The notes: generated by a model not told the origin, from the sequence alone. Positions 21,457 to 30,130 are shown, numbered from the stretch's first letter. The stretch: DNA of 64,000 bases from Prasinococcaceae sp. CCMP 1430 (GCA_013416795.1 RQSC01000011.1:50721-114720), one strand, 5' to 3'. Translations and numbers: made by a program.

Positions 21457-24382
21457 GTTCCCCCTGGAGGTGCGGCGTTACCTCGAGGCCTTCGACACCA
21501 ACGGCGACGGCATAGTGGACGTGAGCGAGCTGAAGCGCGCGGCGCAGCAGCTGCAAGACGCGCGCGAGGGCAAGCTGACGGTGGGCATGTTCCCGGAGCG
21601 GCTGCACGAGACGGTGCGCGCGCTGGACGACGAGGGCAACGGCGTGCTGGAGATCGACGAGATCACCGACATGGTCGAGACCTACGCCGCGCTCAAGGAG
21701 GCCAACCGCAAGGGCGAGATTAACATAAGTACGCTGCCGCGCGAGATCCAGCCCACGCTCAAGGTGTTTGACATGGACGGCGACGGCACGGTGGCGCCAA
21801 TGGAGCTCGCGCGCGGCGCCGAGCTCTACCTCGAGTCCAAGAAGATGGTCAAGAAGCTCAGCAAGCTCGCTGTCGCGCTGCTGCTGCTAATGGGCATCAT
21901 GCTGGCGGCCATTGCCGGCATGACCATCGCCGTGGTGGAGATGGCCAAGGAGACGAGCACGGCGGCCGATGGCAAGATGACGGTCAAGAACTCGGGCGGC
22001 AAGGAGACGGCCGTGGCCACCAACCAGAACGAGCTGGAGCTGCCGCTGGGCGCGATGCCCTTCATGCCGACGGATGCGGGCGTCGCCAGGAACATGAAGC
22101 GCATCTCCGTCGTCAACAAGAACACGGGCCTGGAGCTTGAGCGTGAAGTGGCGGGCGTCGACCTCCTGCGCAACGTGTCGCTGCGCATCGTGACCACGAT
22201 GGGCGACTCAATCACCTACGAGGTTGATGGCAGTTCCGACATGAACGTCACCCTCGCCTCGGGCGAGTGGTGGGAATCCAACGCGCTGTGCGGCCACTGC
22301 CAGTCGATCAACGTTATTGCGACGCCAGAGATCCTCGAGGGTCTCGAGCGCGCTTACGCCGCCATCGATGAGGAGGTGGACGCGGAGGTGCGCCGCACGC
22401 TGCTGCACACGGTGGGCGAGACGCCCGATGACAACGCGCATTGGGCCGAGCACGGCTCCAGGAACAACATGGCGCCCGCCCACCTCGCTGTCACCTCGGC
22501 CGAATACCTGGCTGCGCGCGCCGCGTACGACGCGTGCAACTGCGCCTTCGAGGGTGACCCGTGGTGGGCCATCTGGTCTGGCAAGTTCTGGTGGCGCGAC
22601 CACTCGCACGCATTTGCGTACACTGACGCCACCGGCATCGAGCACACGGTGTGCAGCTACGCCAAGCCGCTGTGGGGATGGGTGTGGTCGCCCACCGAGC
22701 GTGGCCAGCCCACGTACTGGTGGGATTGGTGGGGTTACGGCTGGAGATGGCGCTATGTGGCATGCCTCGCAGACTCGGGCTGCGCCTACGGCCAGTGGAA
22801 CCGCTGGACGGGCTGGTGGTTCGTCACCGGCGGCGAGTGGCAGTGCTACGACGCGGCGCGCGGCGCAGGCGCGCACGCCTTCTTCCACAACGACTGCGAC
22901 GGCAGCGAGTCGGATGAGGTAAAGATCGAGTGCTGCTGGGCGCAGTACAACTCGCAGGACACCGACGGCGATGGTCTGAGCAATGCCGCGGAGATGCGAC
23001 TGGGCAGCGACCCGTACGATGCTGACACGGATGGGGACTACGTCCCGGATGGCGACGACCCCAACCCGCTGACCAAGGACAGCTGGCCGGACTCTGACGG
23101 CGACGGCCTGAATGACGAGCAGGAGAAGCGCCGCTACGGGACCGACTGGAATGTGTCGGACACGGACGGCGATGGGCTGTCGGATTTCGAGGAGGTCACG
23201 CGTGCGCAGGCGACCGATCCCTTGAATAATGACACCGACGCAGATGGCCTCAGTGATTCTTTTGAGCAAGGTGGGCAGTATAGCACTGATCCGCTCAATG
23301 CCGATTCCGACAACGACGGGCTCAGCGATGGCGACGAGGTGAATGTGCATTTTACGAGCGCGAGAGACGCAGACTCAGACGGAGACACGCTGAGCGACTC
23401 GAAGGAGATCGAAATCGGCACCGATCCGAACAACGCGGACACAGACTATGACGGTCTCTTTGACGGCGCGGAGCTCTCCATGGGCACCGACCCGAACAAC
23501 CCGGACACGGATGGCGACGGTCTCTTTGATGGTGAGGAGAAGAGCGTTCCTGATCATCTCTTCGAAGGCTCTAACCCTAGTGCTATGAATTGCGACAGCG
23601 GCAATGGGTACTGCGCTTTTGCGAATCCTGCACAAGGCATGCAGCGAACGGGCACGGATCCGCTGAAAAACGACACAGATGGTGATGGGATAGGCGATTT
23701 GGACGAACTCAACAGGACACAGTACACATTGGGTACTCGCTGGCGACATCCCCAGCGGCCGTCCGGCACCGGCACCGGCACTGACCCCAATCAGCATGAC
23801 ACGGACTCGGATGGGCTGTCAGATAGTGAGGAGGTGGACCTTGGCACTGACCCCAACGATCGCGACACGGACAAGGATGGCCTTTGGGATGGTGCGGAGG
23901 TCCATCAGCTCAAGACCAATCCGCTCAACTACACGGTGCTCTCACCGCCTCCGTCGCCTCCACCGCCTCCCGTGCCGCCACCACCGGACGCTCCGCCACC
24001 GAAGGCGCCGCCACCGAATGCTCCGCCACCAAACGCGCCGCCACCGAAGGCTCCGCCACCGAAGGCGCCGCCACCGAAGGCTCCGCCACCGAACGCGCCG
24101 CCACCGAACGCTCCGCCACCGAAGGCGCCGCCACCGAACGCTCCGCCACCGAACGCTCCGCCACCGAAGGCTCCGCCACCGGACGCTCCGCCACCGAACG
24201 CGCCGCCACCGAATGCTCCGCCACCGAATGCTCCCCCACCGAACGCGCCGCCACCGAACGCTCCCCCACCGAACGCTCCGCCACCAAAGGCTCCGCCACC
24301 GAACGCGCCGCCACCGAACGCGCCGCCACCTAACGCTCCGCCGCCGGACGCGCCGCCGCCGGACGCGCCGCCGCCGTTCTAA
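21457..24382 (+). CDS. Type II membrane protein: EF-hands, TM helix, Trp/Cys-rich domain, 12 TSP3-like Ca-binding repeats, Pro-rich tail; 5' exon unresolved
   Basis: EF loops DTNGDGIVDVSE, DDEGNGVLEIDE and DMDGDGTVAPME; hydrophobic LAVALLLLMGIMLAAIAGMTIAVV; repeated D[TS]DxDGL.D..E...GTDP. Acceptor gaacag ends at 21456. Confidence 0.8.
23978..24378 (+). repeat. 15-bp coding minisatellite (~26 units) encoding PPP[N/K/D]A
   Basis: Unit of the type ccgccaccgaacgct, read directly. Confidence 0.95.
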
Positions 24383-24590
24383 GTCGACCTCGCGCGCGAT
24401 GGCAGCCTGCTGGTCGCGACTGCGCCGCGCCGCTTCGTGGAGGGGCAATTGCTGTATGAGTATTGATTGGCCGACAAAGGATGGCGTCGCGCGGTCGTAC
24501 GTCGTAAGCTGCCAACGTGGCCATGCAGAGAGGCGCTCTGCGATCCGGTGCCTTGCGCATACTGCTGAGGATGCGTGGCTAAACTTACGA

Positions 24591-24610
24591 CAGAGAGAGA
24601 GAGAGAGAGA
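24591..24610. repeat. (GA)n microsatellite abutting an assembly gap
   Basis: Read directly. Confidence 0.85.
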
Positions 24611-24988
24611 NNNNNNNNNNNNNNNNNNNNNNNNNNNGGCGGCCGCCGCCGCGGTCGCGCGTGCGGTGGCTCCCGCGCGACAGGGCGTACGCGGTCGCCC
24701 GTGCGTCGACGCATGCTAAAGGCGCCAGAGCTCACCAAGTCGGGGCGCTTCGACCAGCGCGGCGCGGCCCTACCACTTGCGTGAAAAGCGCGCGCGGTAT
24801 TCAGTCCACAATTCCACATCAATTTGCACTAAATGCGCTTTGCTCGGGTTGCGCCCGACCTTGCACGCCTCTCCGCATGCGGATGGATGTGTGCGCGGGG
24901 TCCGCATGCGCGCCCCCGCTTGCACGCGCCCGCTTTGAGTTGCCCGCGTCAGCTAGGACGGGGGAGGGAGGAAAGGGAGACGCACATA

Positions 24989-25070
24989 CACACTCGTACG
25001 AGCAGCAGCAGCAGCGAAGAGGGTGCGATTAAAGTGAAGGAAGACGCAAGCGCATGGTTGCGTAGCGCGC
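24989..25070 (+). repeat. Dispersed direct repeat, copy 1 (core AGGGTGCGATTAaAGTGAAGGAAGACGCAAGCGCAtGGTTGCGTAGCGCGC, with a CAG-rich 5' extension shared with copy 3)
   Basis: Aligned by eye to the copies at 25283, 27202 and 27696. Confidence 0.9.
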
Positions 25071-25084
25071 CTGCCAAAGGTCGA

Positions 25085-25152
25085 TGGCCGCGCGCGCGGT
25101 GTGGCCGCGCGCGCGGTGTGGCCGCGCGCGCGGTGTGGCCGCGCGCGCGGTG
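25085..25152 (+). repeat. 17-bp tandem array, (TGGCCGCGCGCGCGGTG)x4
   Basis: Four exact units read directly. Confidence 0.95.
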
Positions 25153-25284
25153 TGTATTGGCAGGCAAGAAGCTCGCGATGGCAATTGCGTATACGCCCTG
25201 CGAGGAGTTCATGGCAAGCAGATGTACCTCGGCAGCTTTCCAATACAGGCTGACGCCATAGAGAGTTTACTTCAAGTAGTGTAG
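25153..25284 (+). pseudogene. Truncated AP2-domain-like fragment
   Basis: VYALRGVHGKQMYLGSFPIQADA resembles AP2 strand 3 plus helix start (GKxxYLGxF...EEAA); the first half of the domain is missing. Confidence 0.45.
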
Positions 25285-25337
25285 GGTGCGATTACAATAC
25301 GAGAAGACGCAAGCGCAAGGTTGCGTAGCGCGCGTGT
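25283..25337 (+). repeat. Dispersed direct repeat, copy 2
   Basis: agggtgcgattacaatacgagaagacgcaagcgcaaggttgcgtagcgcgcgtgt. Confidence 0.9.
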
Positions 25338-25352
25338 GTAAGATCTAGGTGC

Positions 25353-27200
25353 ATGATGTGGCCGCGCGCGCGGTGTGGCCGCGCGCGCGGTGTGGCCGCG
25401 CGCGCGGTGTGGCCGCGCGCGCGGTGTGCGCGCGCGCGGTGTCAGGAACAAAGTGTCGATGATGACGTGATCTTCATGGGCGTCGTCACTGCAGACGAGG
25501 CCCGCTCTCGTCGCAAGATCCAGGATGAGGCGGATGCAAGGCTCGCCAGAGAGGCTGCACAGGCCCAGCAGAGGGCCAGGGCAATGGAGCGGGAGGAACG
25601 CATCGCGGCTGGCCGGGCAGAGGACGCAGCACGTAAGCGCAAGTTGCCGACCCCTGACGGAAAGGAGTTTTTCTGCTGCACCCACTGCGAGGCAATCAAC
25701 CGCTACGTAAAGGCCACCAATGTGTGCAACACATTCACCTGTTCCAGGTGCGGCCAGGTCTCGATTGCGTGGCGGAAAGAAACGCGTGCAGCCTCGAAGG
25801 CACGACAGCACCAGAAGTCGCAGTTTGCCCAAGCTGTTGCAACAAGCGCCAAGGCAGCGGCTTGGGAAGGGGAGACGTCGTTGTCGAAGAAGAAACAGCC
25901 GAAGAAGCAACAGTGCACAGGCGGCTCAAGGAAGTCGCCTTTGACCGACGCACGCCTCGACACCAAAGACAAGCACGCGCACGAGTTTGCTGGCCACACT
26001 CTGGGCAAGCTAGACGAGCGCACCACTCAACATGTGGGGGTCATCGCCGCTCGCATTGTTGATGAAAGCCATCTTGTGCGCAAAGCGGCACTAGACGCTC
26101 TCGGCAAGCTTGGTGAACACGCCACACCGCACATTGGTGCCATCGCCGCACGCCTGGAGGATGCCAGATCCTTGGTGCGTACAGCGGCTATTGGTGCGCT
26201 TGGTCGGCTTGGTGAGCACGCCGCCTCGCAAGTGCATGCGGTAGCCGCATGCATCGACGACAAGGACTTGCAGACGCGTGAGGCAGCCATCAACGCACTT
26301 GGCAAGCTCGGCAAGCATTCCGCGTCCCATGTGGAGTCAATCATCGCATGCCTCGGCGACGACAGCATGCGAGTACGTAAGGCGGTTGTTTCCGCGCTCG
26401 GTGAGCTAGGTGAGCACTCCTTGCCACACGTTGATGCTATTGCCGCACGCGTTGAAGACAAGCACTGCGAGGTGCGCGATGCGGCTGTTCAAGCTGTTCA
26501 AGCCCTTGGAAAGGTCTTGGAGCGTGCTGTGCGTGTCGCTGATATCAAGGCGGACAAGAATGCAAACGAAGAGTGCGCGCAAGGAGGGAAACCCGCGCCG
26601 CTGCCGCCTCCGCCAGAGCCCGAGGCCGAGGCCGAGGCCGAGGCCGAGGCTGCGCCCGAGGCCGAGGCCGCCGCGCCGAATCACAAGCCGGGCCAGCAAA
26701 AGCGGCAGCGGGCGCCCAAGGCGCCCGCCTACAGCGGGCGGGGCCGCCCACGCGGCTACAAGACAGCAAGGACGCGGGACAGGGAGCGGCGACATGAGCT
26801 CGCGGCCAAGCTTCCGCGCGACGCGAGAGCGCGCTTCGTAAAAAAAGGGAAAGCAGCCATAAACTCGAATTCCGCCCGCGACAAACGCGAGAGGGGCATG
26901 CACGGCGAAGAGAGGCTGCCATCAACAGGCGCGGGCAAGAACGACAGCGTGGGCGGCGCGCCGGCGCAGAGGGCCGCGCAGGCGACCAAGCAGACCATCA
27001 CCGCCACCGCGGCGCTCAGCTACATTCACGACGTCAAGAACAAGTTCAAGGACAACATCGGCATCTACTACAAGTTCCTCAAGATCATGACGCAATTCAA
27101 GGCGCAGGATATCACGCCTCAGCGCTTGATTAAGCAGGTGAACGAGCTCTTTGCAGACCACGAGGATCTTATTCAGGGCTTTGCAGCTTTCGTGCCATAG
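25353..27200 (+). CDS. 615-aa mosaic protein: SIM-like motif, coiled coil, C4 zinc ribbon, ~6 HEAT repeats, AT-hook, C-terminal PAH (Sin3-type) domain
   Basis: DDDVIFMG; CTHC-x17-CSRC; 31-aa repeats such as IAARLEDARSLVRTAAIGALGRLGEHA; GRGRPRG; ALSYIHDVKNKF...YYKFLKIMTQFK...VNELFADHEDLIQGFAAFVP. Confidence 0.7.
   Translation: MMWPRARCGRARGVAARAVWPRARCARARCQEQSVDDDVIFMGVVTADEARSRRKIQDEADARLAREAAQAQQRARAMEREERIAAGRAEDAARKRKLPTPDGKEFFCCTHCEAINRYVKATNVCNTFTCSRCGQVSIAWRKETRAASKARQHQKSQFAQAVATSAKAAAWEGETSLSKKKQPKKQQCTGGSRKSPLTDARLDTKDKHAHEFAGHTLGKLDERTTQHVGVIAARIVDESHLVRKAALDALGKLGEHATPHIGAIAARLEDARSLVRTAAIGALGRLGEHAASQVHAVAACIDDKDLQTREAAINALGKLGKHSASHVESIIACLGDDSMRVRKAVVSALGELGEHSLPHVDAIAARVEDKHCEVRDAAVQAVQALGKVLERAVRVADIKADKNANEECAQGGKPAPLPPPPEPEAEAEAEAEAAPEAEAAAPNHKPGQQKRQRAPKAPAYSGRGRPRGYKTARTRDRERRHELAAKLPRDARARFVKKGKAAINSNSARDKRERGMHGEERLPSTGAGKNDSVGGAPAQRAAQATKQTITATAALSYIHDVKNKFKDNIGIYYKFLKIMTQFKAQDITPQRLIKQVNELFADHEDLIQGFAAFVP
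25359..25441 (+). repeat. 17-bp tandem array: 4 exact units plus one 15-bp degenerate unit
   Basis: Same unit as 25085-25152. Confidence 0.95.
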
Positions 27201-27201
27201 G

Positions 27202-27260
27202 CACACGAGTACCAGCAACAGCAGCGAAGAGGGTGCGATTACAGTGAAGGAGGACGCAAG
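27202..27260 (+). repeat. Dispersed direct repeat, copy 3 (3'-truncated, carries the CAG-rich 5' extension)
   Basis: cacacgagtaccagcaacagcagcgaagagggtgcgattacagtgaaggaggacgcaag, aligned to 24989-25050. Confidence 0.9.
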
Positions 27261-27693
27261 GTCAAGTTCAGTTCCTCCACAGCGTCGATGATGGAGAGGA
27301 CCATGGCGTCGGGGTCCAGCTTGCGGATCTCGGTTGTACGTGCGAAGGGTGGTCTGCTCCGCACGCTGCAGAGCGTCGCCTGCGTGTGCGAGGAACGCGT
27401 CAGCGAGTTAAGCAGCGCGGTCATGGACCGCGGTGCGTTGCGAGTACCCCCTTACCGCCCCCTGGGGGTCGTCGGGCAGGGAGGTGACCGCCGTCAGGTC
27501 CGGCAGGGGGGCTGCGGTCGGCGTCGACGCAGACGATGCTGCGGCGGGCGGCGCAGGGGGCAGACGGGTGAGCGCCTGCTGCAGCTGCTGCAGCAGCGGC
27601 TGCAGCTGCTGCATCTCCTGCCGCTGGTGGGCGATCAGCTCGCTGAGCTCGCTGAGCTGGGTGTTCTGGGTGGTCTGGGCCTCCTCCAGCTGC
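27261..27693 (-). pseudogene. Fragment of a spliced gene on the minus strand (Gln-rich coiled coil, Pro/Ala linker, 76-nt intron at 27455-27380)
   Basis: QLEEAQTTQNTQLSELSELIAHQRQEMQQLQPLLQQLQQAL...DDPQGA, then GTAAGG...GCTGAC...CACGCAG, then ATLCSV...EIRKLDPDAMVLSIIDAVEELN. Confidence 0.5.
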
Positions 27694-27695
27694 TA

Positions 27696-27750
27696 AGAGT
27701 GCGATTACAGTGCAGGAAGACGCAAGCGCAAGGTTGCGTAGCGCGCGTGT
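27696..27750 (+). repeat. Dispersed direct repeat, copy 4
   Basis: agagtgcgattacagtgcaggaagacgcaagcgcaaggttgcgtagcgcgcgtgt. Confidence 0.9.
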
Positions 27751-28141
27751 CTGAGATCGAGCGCGGCGCGCGCGTGTTTTTTTCGCGTGCGGTACGGAGG
27801 GCGCGAGCGCGTGCGCGCGCCACTGTGTGGTCGTAATACACGCGGGCTTGAGGGGGAGCACGACCGTCCCCTCGCGCCCGCGCGCGCGCGCCCGCGCGGC
27901 ATCCTCAGTTCCCTCTCACACAGCGCATGCGCGCAGCGCACGCGCGCGCACGCGCGAGATTCCGCTCGGGGAACGCGCGCGCGGCGGAAAGCAAGACACT
28001 GCCACTGTCGCACCCTTTGCAGCAGTCACTGTTGAAGCACGTTCTTACTTCCGCACGAATGCTAAAAGCGGGGGCCATGAGTGATAACCTACGAAAATGA
28101 GGCTGCCAACGATTCCAGCCTCGCGCGCACACAGCGCTCGT

Positions 28142-30130
28142 TTAGACAGCAGAGTCGCCGTACGTGGCGCTTCTGGCAAGTTCGGTTGACTTGCGCTTGC
28201 GCGCGGCAGCCACAGATGCGCTTCGCGAGAAGGTGAGTTTGATGTCGATCGATGCTCCTGGTCCCGAGTTGTCAAGGGGGTACTCGCGTTGTTGCGAGCT
28301 CGTGGTAGCGCCATCGTCGCCATGGAAGGCAGCGTCGGCTACGAGAGCGGCGAGAGGCGCGCGCACGCTCCCAAGACTCCTCCGGAAGAACTTCATTTTG
28401 GTGTGCTGGAAAACATCTACCACGAGGGTCTTCGTGATGTCGGGGTCAACGCCGACGAACTGGTATACTTCGTCGATCTCATACTGGTCGTTCGAGCCGG
28501 CCACAGGCTGTCCGATGTGCGACTTGTATGACTTGCTCCCGAGTGTGATGCGCACACGCGGCTGCAGCTGAAGAGGGTTTGCCACAGGCCCCGAGCTTGC
28601 GAGGCCGCCGCCCGGGAAGATTTGCGGCAGCTTGCGCAGCCTCCGCACGTGCACAGCGAGGATGCCTGAAGGGGGGAGCTCCCAGTCCGCTGGCAGCTCG
28701 AGCACAGCTCCCGCGGCCTTTTCACTCACAAGACCGCCGTTAGGCGGCGCAGCGCCGTTTGCATCGCCTCCACTCCCCTCAGCACACTGCTTGTAGCGGT
28801 CGAAAGGTGCGTAGAGGGCTTCGACGCGCAGTGCAGCATTTGATCCCTTGTACTTCGAACTCTTGAAGTCCTCCTCCGGTGTCAGGGGCAGCCACAGGCG
28901 GCACACCGTGCCGGGCTGCTGCGCCAGCCTCTCAATTCCAAGCTTGGCGGTCGCGACATGATCGTCCGAAAAGTTGTCGGCGTCCCACAGCTGGAGCGTC
29001 AGGCTCTGGCTTGCCGCCTCATGCACTGGAAAGCTCCACACATCCACGTCACTGGCATCACTGGCTTTCCCTCCCAACTTGCCAAACTTGGGGTTGCGGT
29101 CATTGGTGCGCATGTCCGTCTGCATCTGCAGGTCGGGCTGAACGAACGCGACGACGTACGGATCGATGCCGCCTCCCGCGCGATTGAAGACCACTAGCGA
29201 GTCGGCCCTTGGCAGTTCTCGCCCGCCGACCACCTTCACGTACAGCATGCCAACAATCTTCGGCTGGAGCGCGAGTGGGTCGATCGCGTCGCTGAGTGGC
29301 ACCACGATGCGCTGCGGCCATATCATTTTCTTGTGCAGGATGGAGGAAATCGCGTGTCGTACGGCCTCGTTCACGCCGGGGAGCGCCGTCACCTCGCCGC
29401 CCGCGACTGACAGCTGGAAGTCGACGGACGGCGCCTCGAGCAGGGATATGCGCACTGCGCCCAGGCAGGGGATGCGTTCCTGCAGGGGTCCGAACTGTAT
29501 TCTGAACCGCCCGAAGACCTGCAGCTGCCGCAGGCGCGCCCTCACCTTGACCATCGCCGAGGTCCTCACCCCAAGGGTCACCGTCGGGTCTCCCGCCCAC
29601 CTGAAGTCGGTCATCATTGAGATGAAGGTGGCGTTGGAGCCGCCTGCGGTGCTCGGCGGTTCGAGTGCGATGCCTCCGAACGCCACGGGGATTTTGCCCA
29701 GCGTGAACTCCTCGAGGCGCATCGTGCGCACGCCAGGCGCCTTGATGCCCTGGAGCAGCTCGTTCACGCGCGCAAGCACGATCTCGCTCAGCGCCGTGTT
29801 GTAAAAGGGCCACAGCTGCTCCATCATGCCGTTCAGCCAGTGCACTCGCTCCGCGCCGGGCGTGAGCATCCAACTGGGCAGGTCCGCCAGCGCGCACGCG
29901 TGCGAGTTGAGGTCGAGGCCATCGACGCCCAGCGCCTCGATGTCCCTCCGGGTTAGCGCGGCGTCGGCCGCTGCGCGCGCCGCCCGCCGCCTCTTGAATG
30001 CCTCGTGCCGCCGGCGCACGCGGCCGCCAAATAAGATTGCGGCGGCGGCGCCCGCCCACCAGTCGAGCGACAGCGGCAGATTGAGCACGGAGCCCATCAC
30101 GCCGGCGGTATGGCCTCCCCTGGGCGCCAT
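28142..30130 (-). CDS. Synaptotagmin / extended-synaptotagmin-like protein (N-terminal hydrophobic segment, SMP domain, two C2 domains)
   Basis: SMP motif LPSW...ERVHWLNGMMEQLWPF...FTLGKIP; C2A (IDPYVV...WDADNFSDD); degenerate C2B. Start at 30130 is inferred; the upstream part of the ORF-track ORF looks non-coding. Confidence 0.85.
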   Translation of the reverse strand: MAPRGGHTAGVMGSVLNLPLSLDWWAGAAAAILFGGRVRRRHEAFKRRRAARAAADAALTRRDIEALGVDGLDLNSHACALADLPSWMLTPGAERVHWLNGMMEQLWPFYNTALSEIVLARVNELLQGIKAPGVRTMRLEEFTLGKIPVAFGGIALEPPSTAGGSNATFISMMTDFRWAGDPTVTLGVRTSAMVKVRARLRQLQVFGRFRIQFGPLQERIPCLGAVRISLLEAPSVDFQLSVAGGEVTALPGVNEAVRHAISSILHKKMIWPQRIVVPLSDAIDPLALQPKIVGMLYVKVVGGRELPRADSLVVFNRAGGGIDPYVVAFVQPDLQMQTDMRTNDRNPKFGKLGGKASDASDVDVWSFPVHEAASQSLTLQLWDADNFSDDHVATAKLGIERLAQQPGTVCRLWLPLTPEEDFKSSKYKGSNAALRVEALYAPFDRYKQCAEGSGGDANGAAPPNGGLVSEKAAGAVLELPADWELPPSGILAVHVRRLRKLPQIFPGGGLASSGPVANPLQLQPRVRITLGSKSYKSHIGQPVAGSNDQYEIDEVYQFVGVDPDITKTLVVDVFQHTKMKFFRRSLGSVRAPLAALVADAAFHGDDGATTSSQQREYPLDNSGPGASIDIKLTFSRSASVAAARKRKSTELARSATYGDSAV

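Noticed and set aside
24383-24466. In-frame protein-like text after the surface-protein stop (VDLARDGSLLVATAPRRFVEGQLLYEY*), suggesting readthrough
   Set aside because: Only 27 codons, no readthrough context and no homology; expected by chance in GC-rich 3' UTR.
24989-27780. CRISPR array or bona fide integron
   Set aside because: Spacers are hundreds to thousands of bp and unequal, the repeats are degenerate, there is no cas or intI gene and no attC R-box consensus, and the context is eukaryotic. Kept only as an analogy in the findings.
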